Below, piece after piece: positions 11,192 through 21,509 of a stretch of DNA of 58,039 nt. The notes beneath the pieces are model-generated. The model saw only the letters and a list, made by a program, of their open reading frames with translations, ran no database searches and was not told the DNA's origin. Both the position numbers and the translations under genes were made by a program. Position 1 is the first letter of the stretch. Each line of letters begins with the position of its first letter. Source of the DNA: an uncultured Propionibacterium sp. (GTDB lineage: Bacteria; Actinomycetota; Actinomycetes; Propionibacteriales; Propionibacteriaceae); assembly GCA_964293265.1 (NCBI GenBank), contig CAXYYR010000001.1, forward strand, positions 1 through 58,039, written 5' to 3'.

Positions 11192-11919
11192 TTCCCAACC
11201 TCCTTCGCACCCGGCTGGCCGGGGGCCTGCCAGTTGTTTGCCTGTGCGATCTTGAGGCCTCGCACCGACGATTCCCCAGCGCTGGGGCCTTCGTCTGCCA
11301 GACCATCTTCGAAGCCGGCCAGCACGCGCTCAGCGGCACGCCAGTCGGTGATGGTGGCGCCACGCGTTGACTTCACGGTGGCGTCGTTGGCCAGATTGTC
11401 GAGCAGCTCGTCGGCCTTGGCGGGAGTCATGTTGTCCATGTATTCCCAATTGACCATCATCACCGGGGCGAAATCGCAGGCTGCATTGCACTCGACCCGC
11501 TCCAGACTGAACTTGCCGTCCGAGGTGGTCTCGCCCTCATGGATGCCGAGCTTCTTCTCCACATGGTTCAGCAGGATGTCGCCGCCCATCACGGCACACA
11601 ACGAGGTGGTGCACACCCCGATGTGCTGGTGACCGGCAGGACGACGCTTGAACATCGTGTAGAAGGTGGCCACGCCGTTCACCTGGGCAGTGGTGATGCC
11701 CAGCAGTTCGGCAACCACGCGAATGCCGGTGTCGGAGACGCGTCCATCAACCGACTGCACCAGATGCAGCATCGGCATCAGCGCGGAACGCTTGTTGGGA
11801 TAGCGGGCCATGATGGCGCGCATCTCCTCAACCGTTGCCTCGCTGATCTCAGTGCTCTGATCGGTGGTGTCGATGCCATCGGCATCATCGAAAACCGGAT
11901 TGAACTCGTGTTGGCTCAT
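11188..11919 (-). CDS. nuoE: NADH-quinone oxidoreductase subunit E
   Basis: [2Fe-2S] motifs VCTTSLC and ECNAAC. Start moved to ATG 11919 (MSQHEF), preceded by an AAGGAG RBS. Confidence 0.95.
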   Translation of the reverse strand: MSQHEFNPVFDDADGIDTTDQSTEISEATVEEMRAIMARYPNKRSALMPMLHLVQSVDGRVSDTGIRVVAELLGITTAQVNGVATFYTMFKRRPAGHQHIGVCTTSLCAVMGGDILLNHVEKKLGIHEGETTSDGKFSLERVECNAACDFAPVMMVNWEYMDNMTPAKADELLDNLANDATVKSTRGATITDWRAAERVLAGFEDGLADEGPSAGESSVRGLKIAQANNWQAPGQPGAKEVGK

Positions 11920-11962
11920 CGGCTGATGCTCCTTGTCGCAACGCTGGGAGTGGATAGCTGGC

Positions 11963-13336
11963 TCATCGATCCACACCACCCATCACAGGATCGATCGACG
12001 AAATCGCCATCACTGCGTCGGAAAGCATGCTTCCCTCGCACAGCAGCGGCAGCGACTGCACGTGGTTGAAGCCTGGATCGCGCAGATGGGCGCGGTACGG
12101 GCGGGTGCCACCGTCGGACACGGCATGCATGCCGAGCTCACCGGCAGGTGCCTCGACGGGCACATAGACCTCGCCGGGCGGCACGTGGAAGCCCTGGCTC
12201 ACGATCTTGAAGTGGTGGATGAGGCCTTCCATGGACTCACCCATGATGTGCTTCACATGCTTGTTCGAATTGCCCTGACCATCGGAGGCAACCGTCAGAT
12301 CGCTGGGCCACGACAGATCGTGCTCCTCGATGCGATAGGGCTCGCCCTTCGACTCGGCCAGTGCATCGCGCACCTGCTCGAGAATCCGCAGTGACTGGTA
12401 GATCTCGTTGAGGCGGATCACGAAACGACCGTAGGAATCACAGGTGTCGGCAGTGCAGACATCGAAGTCGTAGTTCTCGTAGCCGCAGTAGGGCTCCATC
12501 TTGCGGATATCCCAGGGATAGCCGGTGGAACGCAGCACCGGGCCGGAGGCCCCCATCATCACCGCGGACGCCAGGCTCATGTGGGCCACGCCCTTGTTGC
12601 GGCGCACGAAGATGGGATTGGTGAGCGTGTAGTCACCGATCTCGGGAACGTTCTTGCGCAGCTGGGTGATCAGCTCGTCGAGCAGATCGAGTCCGTCCTC
12701 GGGAAGGTCGTTCTGCACACCACCGGGGCGGATGTACTCATTGTTCATGCGCAGGCCGGTGACGGCCTCGAGGAAATCGAGCGTGCGCTCACGTTCGCGC
12801 AGTGAGACCTCCTGCACCGAGGTGGCGCCCAGGTCGAGACCCGTTGCGCCCACGGCGGTGATGTGGGAGGCAATGCGGTTGGCCTCCATGGCCAGCACAC
12901 GCAGCTGATTGCCGCGTCGCGGCATCTTGTCGGTGATGCCGAGCAGCTTGTCGACGGCCAACGAATAGGCGGCCTCATTGAAGATGCCGGCAACATAATT
13001 GCATCGGGTGAAGAACACCGAGCCCTGCGACCAGCTGCGGTACTCGGCCGACTTCTCAATGCCGGTGTGCAGGAAGCCGATGCTGGGACGCAGCGAGATG
13101 ATCGTCTCGCCGTCCATCTCCATCACCAGGCGCATCACGCCGTGGGTCGACGGATGCTGGGGCCCCACATTGATCACGATGGTCTCGTCGGAGCGCTCGC
13201 GCTGCGCCTCCACCACCTGGTCCCAATCGCCACCGTTGGCGAGATAGGCACGGTCGCCCGTCTCGTCACCCGGGCCGGCGAAGATGTCGTTGTCGTCGGT
13301 TGCAGCGCACGACATACTTGCGAACTGCTCGCTCAT
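11963..13336 (-). CDS. nuoD: NADH-quinone oxidoreductase subunit D
   Basis: [23 protein letters not shown]-terminal DPVMGGVDR. Confidence 0.97.
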   Translation of the reverse strand: MSEQFASMSCAATDDNDIFAGPGDETGDRAYLANGGDWDQVVEAQRERSDETIVINVGPQHPSTHGVMRLVMEMDGETIISLRPSIGFLHTGIEKSAEYRSWSQGSVFFTRCNYVAGIFNEAAYSLAVDKLLGITDKMPRRGNQLRVLAMEANRIASHITAVGATGLDLGATSVQEVSLRERERTLDFLEAVTGLRMNNEYIRPGGVQNDLPEDGLDLLDELITQLRKNVPEIGDYTLTNPIFVRRNKGVAHMSLASAVMMGASGPVLRSTGYPWDIRKMEPYCGYENYDFDVCTADTCDSYGRFVIRLNEIYQSLRILEQVRDALAESKGEPYRIEEHDLSWPSDLTVASDGQGNSNKHVKHIMGESMEGLIHHFKIVSQGFHVPPGEVYVPVEAPAGELGMHAVSDGGTRPYRAHLRDPGFNHVQSLPLLCEGSMLSDAVMAISSIDPVMGGVDR

Positions 13337-14103
13337 CGGTTGTAGCTCCTGCGATCGTCTGCCGGGGGCACGACTGCTCCCTTGAATTCCACCGGGATGC
13401 CACCCAGCGGGTAGTCCTTGCGCTGGGGGTGACCCACCCAGTCGTCGGGCATGAGAATGCGGGTCAGGCCGGGATGTCCGTCGAAGATGATGCCGAACAT
13501 GTCCCAGGTCTCGCGCTCGTGGAAATTGGCCATCGGATAGACCGGCACCACACTGGGCAGATGCGGGTCGTCCTCAGAGACCTCGACCTCCAGGCGGATG
13601 CGCCGGTTGTAGGTCATCGAGAGCAGGTGGAACACGGCATGCAGCTCGTGGCCGGTCTGCTCGGGATAGTGCACACCCGAGACCGAGACGCAGACCTCGA
13701 AGCGCAGGGCCTCGTCGTCACGGAGCACCTTCACCAGGTCGAGCAGCTTGTCGCGCTCGACAAAGAAGGTGATCTCATCACGATGCACCAGCACGCGGGT
13801 GGCGAAACCGGGCACCAACTCGGCCATGCGGTCGGCAACATCGTCGAACCAGCCACCGAAGGGTGGGGTTGTGCTGCCGGTCAGCGAGATGACCCGCTGG
13901 ATGCCGTCGAAACCGGAGGTGTCACCCGAGCCCTTGCCCGAACCCCACATGCCCTGCACGCGGGAGATGACTTCCTGGTTGGTGTCGTTGCTCGCATTGG
14001 GCGAGAACAGCTTGTCGAGATTGCCATGACTGTCGGCTGCCGCCCGCATTGCGCGGCTGGCACCCTCGGTCTGGTTGCCCTCGGGAAGGTCCTGCTCGCT
14101 CAT
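13333..14103 (-). CDS. nuoC: NADH-quinone oxidoreductase subunit C
   Basis: [26 protein letters not shown]. Confidence 0.97.
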   Translation of the reverse strand: MSEQDLPEGNQTEGASRAMRAAADSHGNLDKLFSPNASNDTNQEVISRVQGMWGSGKGSGDTSGFDGIQRVISLTGSTTPPFGGWFDDVADRMAELVPGFATRVLVHRDEITFFVERDKLLDLVKVLRDDEALRFEVCVSVSGVHYPEQTGHELHAVFHLLSMTYNRRIRLEVEVSEDDPHLPSVVPVYPMANFHERETWDMFGIIFDGHPGLTRILMPDDWVGHPQRKDYPLGGIPVEFKGAVVPPADDRRSYNR

Positions 14104-14657
14104 CGCATGAGCCCCTTCTGCTCGATGGTGGCGGAGGCAGCCAGGGCGGCCTGCTCGGTCTGGGCCACCACTTCTTCGCGGTGCACGCCGATCGGGGTGT
14201 GGGCAACCTTGCCCTTCTTGAGCTTGAACACTGCGTCAATGAGCATGTCCGGACGGGGCGGACAGCCGGGCAGATACATGTCCACCGGCACGATGTGGTC
14301 AACGCCCTGCACCACTGCATAGTTGTTGAACACGCCGCCCGAGGAGGCGCAGGCGCCCATGGCGATGCACCACTTGGGGTTGGGCATCTGGTCCCAGAGC
14401 TGACGCACAACCGGGGCCAGCTTCTGGCCGACGCGGCCGGCGACGATCATGAGGTCGGCCTGGCGTGGTGAGGCGCGGAAGATCTCCTGGCCCCAACGTG
14501 AACAGTCGGCACGCGGGCCGCCGTAGCTGATCATTTCGATGGCACAGCAGGCCAGACCCATGGTGAGCGGCCAGAACGATGCCTGACGCATCCAGCCCTG
14601 CACCTGCTCAACGGTGGTCAGGAAGATGCCTGCCGGAAGCTTTTCTTCGATACCCAT
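14100..14657 (-). CDS. nuoB: NADH-quinone oxidoreductase subunit B
   Basis: [26 protein letters not shown]. Confidence 0.97.
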   Translation of the reverse strand: MGIEEKLPAGIFLTTVEQVQGWMRQASFWPLTMGLACCAIEMISYGGPRADCSRWGQEIFRASPRQADLMIVAGRVGQKLAPVVRQLWDQMPNPKWCIAMGACASSGGVFNNYAVVQGVDHIVPVDMYLPGCPPRPDMLIDAVFKLKKGKVAHTPIGVHREEVVAQTEQAALAASATIEQKGLMR

Positions 14658-14675
14658 ATCTGTTCACTCAGCCTT

Positions 14676-15041
14676 TCAGTCCCAGTTCAATCCGCCACGA
14701 CGCAGCACATAGGTGTATGCCACGAACACGACGATGATGAACGTGATCATTTCGATCACTCCGAAGCTGCCCAAGGAGTCAAATGCAACTGCCCAGGGAT
14801 AAAGGAAGACGATCTCAATATCAAAGATGATGAAGAGCATCGCCGTCACGTAATACTTAATTGAAAATCGTCCGCCGCCAGAAACTGTCTGCGGGGTTGG
14901 CTGAATACCACATTCGAATGAGTCGTACTTGGTGCGGTTGTATCGATGCGGCCCGATGAGCGGTGACAGCACGAGCGCGGCAACCACCACGAACAGGACG
15001 GCCAGAGCCACCAGCCCGATGACTGGGATATATGCGTTCAT
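14676..15041 (-). CDS. nuoA: NADH-quinone oxidoreductase subunit A
   Basis: SFECGI, FIIFDIEIVFLYPWA. Start chosen at MNAYIP. Confidence 0.96.
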   Translation of the reverse strand: MNAYIPVIGLVALAVLFVVVAALVLSPLIGPHRYNRTKYDSFECGIQPTPQTVSGGGRFSIKYYVTAMLFIIFDIEIVFLYPWAVAFDSLGSFGVIEMITFIIVVFVAYTYVLRRGGLNWD

Positions 15042-15095
15042 TTCCGCTCGATCCTTCTCTCGATGTACTTCATTGTCCAACCGATCCGCGCACCA

Positions 15096-16457
15096 TTACG
15101 CAGGTGGCGCCAGCTTACTCAGAGTATTGATCACAATGTCCATTGCATCGCCGCGATGCTCATCGGTGAGATTGGCAAGCAACTTGTTCACCAATTTCAT
15201 CAGACTGCGATGTGGAAGGCCATAGGTGGTGCACAGATGCATGATCTGCGGATTTCCGATGAGCTTCACGAAAATTGTGCCCAGCCGGTAATAGCCACCG
15301 AAACGCGAGGCCAGAGCGGTGGGATAGGCACGCAGCGCGCGCTCGGCGCCGGCAGTGCCCACTCCCCTGCCATGGGCCTCAACGATGGCATCGGCTGCCA
15401 TCTCACCGGCCTCCATGGCATAGCTGATGCCCTCGCCGTTGAAGGGATTGACCATGCCGCCGGAATCGCCCACCAACAGCAGGCCGTCGGCATAGGCAGG
15501 CTTGCGATTGAAGGCCATGGGAAGCGCCGCGCCACGGATCTCGCCACGCTGGTGTTCGGCATCGAACTGCCACTCGGGCGGGGTGGTGGCCAACCAGGTG
15601 CGCATGAGGGCGCGATAGTCGGTGTGGCCGAAGGCCGAGCTGGAGTTGAGCATGCCCAGCCCCACATTCACCGTGCCATCGGACTGCGGGAAGGCCCAGC
15701 CGTAGCCGGGCAGCTGCTTGGACTCACCGGGGGTGCCGTCCCACAGCTCGAGCCAGCTCTCCATCCATTCCTCGCTGGCACGCGGGCTCTCGAAATAGGT
15801 GCGCACCGCAACGCCCATCGGACGCGAGTTGTCGCGCTGGCGTCCGGCGGCCACGGCAAGACGGGTGGAATTGCCATCGGCAGCCACCACGATGGGGGCG
15901 TTGAACTCATTACCCTTCGCATCGCGCACACCCACCACGCGGTCACCAGCCATGATCGGCTCGGTGACGGTGACGCCGGTGCGCAGTGTGACGCCGAGGT
16001 TCATTGCATGGCCCGCCAGCACATCGTCGAAGCGGGACCGTGAGCAGACCATTCCGTAATCGGGGAAATCGGCAAGTTCGGGCCACGGAAGCTCGAAGGG
16101 CTCGACACGCCCGCCGTAGACCCGCAGGCCCTTGTTGCGCGCCCAGTTGTCGGTCTCCGAGGTGGGCACACCCAGCCGGCTGAGCATCCGCACAGCGCGG
16201 GGTGTGAGGCCATCGCCACAGACCTTTTCACGCGGGAATTGCGACTTCTCCAAGACCAGCACATTGAGCCCACGCATGGCGCAGAAAGCGGCAACCGAGG
16301 AACCGGCCGGTCCGGCGCCCACCACGATGACATCGGCGTCCGTCTGGTCGGGAGTTGTGCGCTTGGGGTCGCCGAGTTGGGTGGATGCAAGGAGCGAACC
16401 AGTGGACACATCGCCACTCGTCTGCTGCACTGCGCCGTGCACCATGAAGCACTCCAT
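15096..16457 (-). CDS. menJ: Geranylgeranyl-reductase family FAD oxidoreductase (MenJ-like menaquinone reductase); true start probably slightly downstream
   Basis: VVGAGPAG, REKVCGDGL, LVGDSGGMVNPFNGEGI. Immediately upstream of nuoA, among men genes. Confidence 0.8.
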   Translation of the reverse strand: MECFMVHGAVQQTSGDVSTGSLLASTQLGDPKRTTPDQTDADVIVVGAGPAGSSVAAFCAMRGLNVLVLEKSQFPREKVCGDGLTPRAVRMLSRLGVPTSETDNWARNKGLRVYGGRVEPFELPWPELADFPDYGMVCSRSRFDDVLAGHAMNLGVTLRTGVTVTEPIMAGDRVVGVRDAKGNEFNAPIVVAADGNSTRLAVAAGRQRDNSRPMGVAVRTYFESPRASEEWMESWLELWDGTPGESKQLPGYGWAFPQSDGTVNVGLGMLNSSSAFGHTDYRALMRTWLATTPPEWQFDAEHQRGEIRGAALPMAFNRKPAYADGLLLVGDSGGMVNPFNGEGISYAMEAGEMAADAIVEAHGRGVGTAGAERALRAYPTALASRFGGYYRLGTIFVKLIGNPQIMHLCTTYGLPHRSLMKLVNKLLANLTDEHRGDAMDIVINTLSKLAPPA

Positions 16458-16817
16458 CCGAACAAGGACTCGGGCTCCAACTCTGGAGCCCGGGCTGCCG
16501 ACCCAAAGGTCGCGCCTCGCTCAGTGTAGGCGTGGAATAGGGGCGTCGCCAGTCAACAGACGGGCATCTGAGACAAATCGGACCAATTCAGTCCCTAAAA
16601 CCTTCGGGGAGTTCCGCCAGACCCTCAAAAGCCACGCCGAGATGCAACTCGTTGCACCCTTTCACCAAGGGCTGAGCACACCCGTGCAGTGTCGTGTCGA
16701 TGGACGCCGCGGTCACCTGGCCGGCAAACAGCTAGGGCAACGTTGCTGCACAGCCAACTCTGTGGTTTTGCTGCCCCGGGCAGCAAGCTGGGGCACGACT
16801 TCGGTTAGCCTCTCAGA

Positions 16818-18056
16818 GTGATCATCAATCCGGGATCTTCGCGATTGCACGCCAGCACCATCGCCATCGATGACCCCGGCCCGCTAAACCGATTCGTCGA
16901 TGGCCATGGCGCCGCCTTCCTGCGCGGCGATGACGGCTTCGTTGCCCTGGGCGAGGCTGCCCGGCTTGACGGCGTGCCGATGACCCAGGCCGATCAGTGC
17001 TGGCACGAACTGGCCGGCACCATCGAGCAGGAATCCGAGATGCCCGGCACGGTGGGCACCGGTCCGCTCGCATACGGCACATTTACCTACGATCCCCAAC
17101 ACACCAGCCCCCAGTCCGCCTTCGTGGTGCCCGAGACCATCATCGGACGCCGTGACGGCGTCTGTTGGCTCACCCAGCTCGGCTACGACCGGGTGACCCC
17201 CAAGCTGCCCGAACCCCAACCTGAGCCGACTCATCCCGACGAGCTGGCTTTCAGTGAGGGCCAGATGGACGACGCGGCCTGGCTGGCGCTCATCGACCGG
17301 GCGAGCGCCCGGCTGCGCGAACTCGACGCCGAGGGCGTGGTGGTGGTGCGGGATCTGCACGGCAGCTGCGCCGGCACCATCGAACCGGGCTGGTTGTTGC
17401 ACCAGTGGCAGCGCAATTACGGCGGCTCCACCTGCTATCTGGTGGACGGTCTGGTGGGCGCAACCCCGGAAATCCTGGTGCACCGCGCAGGCGGTCTCAC
17501 CACCTCACGCATTCTGGCCGGCACCACGCAGCGTCTTGGCAATCTGGACGACGAGGTGGAAATTGCCAGGCTGCTTGGTTCGGGCGAACGAATGCGCCAG
17601 CACCGGATCGCCGTGGAATCGGCAGCCGCCGCGCTGGGCGCGCACATGAGCGGCATCCACGTGCCCGAATCCCCCTTCGTGCTGGCACTGCCCGACATGT
17701 TGCATCTCGTGACTGACATCTGCGGGGTTGCTGACGATGAGTCCTCAACACTGGCGCTGGCCTCGGCAATGCATCCGCTGTCGTCGGTGACCGGTTTCCC
17801 CCGTGATGCAGCCCGCACCATCCTGGCCGAGACCGGATTTGATCGCGGCCGTTTCTGCGCGCCGGTGGGTTGGATCGATGCCCAGGGCGATGGCGACTGG
17901 TTCGTGGCCCTACGCGCCGCCCAGCTCGCTCCCGACTGGAAGAGCGTGCGGCTCTATGCCTCGGCCTCCGTTGACCCGAACACGGCGCCACACACCAAGC
18001 TGGTGTCAACGCAGCTGAAATTTGCCCTGATGCGCCAATTCCTCGCCGGCGAATAG
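16818..18056 (+). CDS. Chorismate-binding, isochorismate synthase (MenF)-like protein with substituted catalytic motifs
   Basis: GATPEIL, RILAGT, DRGRF.APVGW, ALR motifs. Leaderless TAGCCT-6nt-GTG start. Confidence 0.85.
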   Translation: MIINPGSSRLHASTIAIDDPGPLNRFVDGHGAAFLRGDDGFVALGEAARLDGVPMTQADQCWHELAGTIEQESEMPGTVGTGPLAYGTFTYDPQHTSPQSAFVVPETIIGRRDGVCWLTQLGYDRVTPKLPEPQPEPTHPDELAFSEGQMDDAAWLALIDRASARLRELDAEGVVVVRDLHGSCAGTIEPGWLLHQWQRNYGGSTCYLVDGLVGATPEILVHRAGGLTTSRILAGTTQRLGNLDDEVEIARLLGSGERMRQHRIAVESAAAALGAHMSGIHVPESPFVLALPDMLHLVTDICGVADDESSTLALASAMHPLSSVTGFPRDAARTILAETGFDRGRFCAPVGWIDAQGDGDWFVALRAAQLAPDWKSVRLYASASVDPNTAPHTKLVSTQLKFALMRQFLAGE

Positions 18057-18073
18057 TCACCGACGAGGAATTG
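18036..18073. terminator. Inverted repeat between convergent genes
   Basis: CAATTCCTCGccgg...ccgaCGAGGAATTG. Confidence 0.6.
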
Positions 18074-18122
18074 CAGCTGTCATGAGCACACGCTCACGTG
18101 CACTGTTCTCACCAGCGCAGGC

Positions 18123-19922
18123 TCATTTGCGCAGGGGAGGACGGGTGCGTCCGGTGGGTCCCGAGCGACTGATCACCTGCTTGGGACGTGTGCTGCTGCG
18201 CCCACCACGGGCAAGTTCACGTTGCTTGGCAAGCTCCTTGCGCTGCTCCTCGGAGCGTTCCATGAGCTCGGCCTGGTTGAAACCGCCACTGCGCAGCACG
18301 AACCACACAATGATGGCAATGGCAGCGGAGACAAGCGGCGGCCAATTGAGCACCAGTGGCGCGGTGATGAGAATGGCCACGTCGATGCCACGGATGAGAT
18401 TGAACATGAGGCCCGGGGGCACAGCACCGGCGCCGGTGGCAACCATTGGCATGTTGTAGTTCGCCGATTTGGCGCTCACCCAGCGCATGGCGCCGAGCAG
18501 GCCCGCAGCGGCAGTGATCACGCCGTACCAGATGGTGTTGGAGACATCGCTGGCATTGTTCGAGCCGTTCAGGCTCAGCAGGAACGCCGGGGTGGCAGCA
18601 ATTGCCCAGACGAGCGCCAGTCCGGCGGGCACGATCGTCACCGCGGTGCGCAGATCAGAGTCGGTCATCGGGAACAGCCGGGCCAGCCCCTTGGTGCGTG
18701 TGAGCACGCGCATGGAGTCCAGGAAGGGCACCATCACGGCAACGAACACCAGGCCGGACAGGATCGGGGTGAGCGAACCCACACCCAGTGATTCCAGGGC
18801 ATAGGGAACGATGAGACTCACCACGAAGCCGACCAGGGGGCCGGGCGTGCGCACCAGGCGCTGCAGATCGCGCCAGACCAGCGCGCGGGTGCCGTGCCAG
18901 CGTCCGCGGGCAGGCTTCACATGGCCGCGCAGATGGTTGCGACGTTCGATGAGGATGTCGCGCATCAGCGCGAAGTCGAGCGCGAAGGCCGCGCCTTGCA
19001 TGCCCGAGACCAGCTCACCGCCACTGATGAGTTTGGAGCGGCCCACGTTGTCGAGCCGGCGGCGTGCGACAACCGACGCCAGGATCGCCAGAATGAGCCC
19101 CACCGCGGCAACACCGATGGCAAGGTGCAGCGAGCCAGCCGCGTCGAGATCGAGCGTGAACCAGCCCGAAGCTGCGGCGATGACGCCCACCAGCACAACC
19201 ACTGTGACGGCACCGACAACGAGTTGGGCGATGCGCACAACGAAGGTGCGCATGGCGCCCTGCTCAGCAGCGGTGAATGCCATCCACGCGGCGGTGGTGA
19301 AGGCCGCCGCGAGCGTCCAGGCGGCCACGGTTTCCAGCGGCAGACCGACAAGCAGGGTGACCAGTGCGGTGACCACTGCTGCCACACCACCGGCGGCAAG
19401 GATCATGGCCCACATGCGGCGCGCCAACACCGACGAGCGGCGCAGTGGCGCGTCCAGGAGCCAGAAGCCCTCAGCTGCGGAGGCGACGATCGGACCAAAA
19501 ATACGGCTGATAGCCAGGGCTGCCACCCACAGCGCGGCAACCACCAACCATGGCAGCAGCTTGCGCGAGGTCACACAGCCGTCCGAGGTGCACGCCGAGG
19601 CCTGGTTCTGGGCCGACAACAGGCCGCTGATCACCATTGCGGCAACCACCACAACAGTGAAGATCGCCACATAGGCGTCGGTGATCACATCGCGCAGGCG
19701 CCGTGTTGCGCGGCCCTTGCGCCAGTCCTTCACAAGCAGCAGGAGCTGACGTTCGTCAACCATTCCTGCCGCGTCGTCGGCAACATCGACAAAGGGATAG
19801 TCAGGATCGAAGGGCTCGAAATCGGGTGCCCTGACGCTGGCCTTCACCTGCTGTTCTGCGCCCTGTGTTCGGTCCTGGGGGCTGTGTTCCCTGCGATTGC
19901 GGCGCTTGTTCCGTGCGCTCAT
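18123..19922 (-). CDS. Multi-pass membrane protein (DUF6297-like), probable ABC permease partner
   Basis: About 12 hydrophobic segments; overlaps the stop of the upstream ABC ATPase by 4 nt. Confidence 0.75.
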   Translation of the reverse strand: MSARNKRRNRREHSPQDRTQGAEQQVKASVRAPDFEPFDPDYPFVDVADDAAGMVDERQLLLLVKDWRKGRATRRLRDVITDAYVAIFTVVVVAAMVISGLLSAQNQASACTSDGCVTSRKLLPWLVVAALWVAALAISRIFGPIVASAAEGFWLLDAPLRRSSVLARRMWAMILAAGGVAAVVTALVTLLVGLPLETVAAWTLAAAFTTAAWMAFTAAEQGAMRTFVVRIAQLVVGAVTVVVLVGVIAAASGWFTLDLDAAGSLHLAIGVAAVGLILAILASVVARRRLDNVGRSKLISGGELVSGMQGAAFALDFALMRDILIERRNHLRGHVKPARGRWHGTRALVWRDLQRLVRTPGPLVGFVVSLIVPYALESLGVGSLTPILSGLVFVAVMVPFLDSMRVLTRTKGLARLFPMTDSDLRTAVTIVPAGLALVWAIAATPAFLLSLNGSNNASDVSNTIWYGVITAAAGLLGAMRWVSAKSANYNMPMVATGAGAVPPGLMFNLIRGIDVAILITAPLVLNWPPLVSAAIAIIVWFVLRSGGFNQAELMERSEEQRKELAKQRELARGGRSSTRPKQVISRSGPTGRTRPPLRK

Positions 19923-20602
19923 GCGAGCTGCTCCGGCTCAGCCGGCGACTGCACCTCGTCACCGGCAGCGCCGATGCGCACGATGCGTGCACCCACTGCC
20001 TCCACCAGGCTGGGCTCGTGGCTGGCCATGATGATTGCCAGCCCGTTGTGCTCCTTCTCATGGCGCAGGCGCTTGCCCAGCCAGTCGATGCCCTCCTGGT
20101 CGAGGCGCTGCTCGGGCTCGTCGAGCACAAGAAGTTTCTTGGGGCGCACGAATGCGGTGGCCAGGGCGAGTCGGCGGCGCTGACCACTAGACAGGGTGCC
20201 GGGGAGCTGGCCCGACTGGGGCACCAGCTGCACCTCTTCGAGGATGGAATCCACGAGCTCGTCGGTGTCTTCCAGCCCATGGGCGCGCGCCAGCAGATCA
20301 AGATGCTCCACAACCGAAAGATCGGGGAAGAAATCGAGATCATCGATCACAGTGGCGACATTGCGCCGGAACGACAGCTCGGTGTCCTTGGCCTTCTGGC
20401 CGAGAATCTCGATGGTGCCCTCGGTCGGCTTGTCCGAGCCGACGATGCATCGCAGCACGGTGGACTTTCCCGAACCATTGCGGCCGGTCAGAGCCACCGC
20501 GTCGGACTCATAGACCGCCAGATTGAAGTGATCGAGGATCGTATGATCGCCGTACTTCTTCACAAGATTGCTGATTTTAAGAACTGTGGAGCGCCTCGCC
20601 AT
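19919..20602 (-). CDS. ABC transporter ATP-binding protein
   Basis: Walker A GRNGSGKS, signature LSSGQ, Walker B LVLDEP, ASH. Confidence 0.92.
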   Translation of the reverse strand: MARRSTVLKISNLVKKYGDHTILDHFNLAVYESDAVALTGRNGSGKSTVLRCIVGSDKPTEGTIEILGQKAKDTELSFRRNVATVIDDLDFFPDLSVVEHLDLLARAHGLEDTDELVDSILEEVQLVPQSGQLPGTLSSGQRRRLALATAFVRPKKLLVLDEPEQRLDQEGIDWLGKRLRHEKEHNGLAIIMASHEPSLVEAVGARIVRIGAAGDEVQSPAEPEQLA

Positions 20603-20801
20603 GGCCCCCATTGTGCTGCACCACAGCCAATTCACCCATTCGTGTGCTCCAGATTCACCCGTCCAGGTCCCGAATCCACCTCTTCGGGCTGGAACAGACG
20701 GCCGTCACGACACGCTGACGGCCGGCCTCCTGCGCCGGAAAACCATGGCCGTCAGCCAGCTCAACTGCGGACTTGTCGGTGGCCTCTGCGAAGATGGGCA
20801 C

Positions 20802-21497
20802 GTGGCCAGACGCGCAACGTTAGACAAGAAACGGGATCAGGTTGCAGGGATGTTCGACGATGTCGCACCCCGCTACGACCTGATGAACGACCTCATGAGT
20901 ATGGGCCAGGACCGCTCATGGCGCCGTGAGGTGGTGAGCGCCGTGGACGCCCACGAGGGCGATTTTGTGCTCGATCTGGCGGCCGGCACCGGCACCTCGT
21001 CGGCGCCGTTCGCCCACGCCGGAGCCCATGTTTTTCCCACCGATCTGTCATTCGGCATGTTGCAGGTGGGCAAGCAGCGCCAGCCCGAACTCACCTTCGT
21101 GCAGGGCGACGCGACCGCGCTGCCCTATGCCGACAATTCCTTCGATGCGGTGACCATCAGTTTCGGGCTGCGCAATGTTGAGGACACCCTCAAGGCGCTG
21201 CGTGAGTTGCGGCGCGTGACCAAGCCGGGCGGGCGCATCGTGATCTGCGAGTTCTCCACGCCCACGTGGGGCCCCTTCCGAGGGCTCTACCAGCGCTTCT
21301 ACCTGCCCCATGTGATGCCCTTGGTGGCCCGTCTGGGTTCCAACCCGGGCTCGTACAGCTATCTCACCGAGACGATTCTGGCCTGGCCTGATCAGCGCAC
21401 CCTGGCCCGTCTGATGTCCCAGGCCGGCTGGAAAAAGGTGGAGTGGCGCAATCTGAGCGGCGGAATCGTGGCGCTGCATCGCGGATTTGCGGAGTGA
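20802..21497 (+). CDS. menG: Demethylmenaquinone methyltransferase (MenG/UbiE)
   Basis: [32 protein letters not shown]. Start placed at GTG 20802. Confidence 0.92.
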   Translation: MARRATLDKKRDQVAGMFDDVAPRYDLMNDLMSMGQDRSWRREVVSAVDAHEGDFVLDLAAGTGTSSAPFAHAGAHVFPTDLSFGMLQVGKQRQPELTFVQGDATALPYADNSFDAVTISFGLRNVEDTLKALRELRRVTKPGGRIVICEFSTPTWGPFRGLYQRFYLPHVMPLVARLGSNPGSYSYLTETILAWPDQRTLARLMSQAGWKKVEWRNLSGGIVALHRGFAE

Positions 21498-21509
21498 TTG
21501 CGCAGAATC

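Noticed and set aside
522-16043. Long plus-strand ORFs over the nuo operon and menJ (e.g. 522-2501, 7407-8699, 13300-14322)
   Set aside because: Antisense shadows of high-GC genes with no motifs; the minus-strand products are unambiguous.
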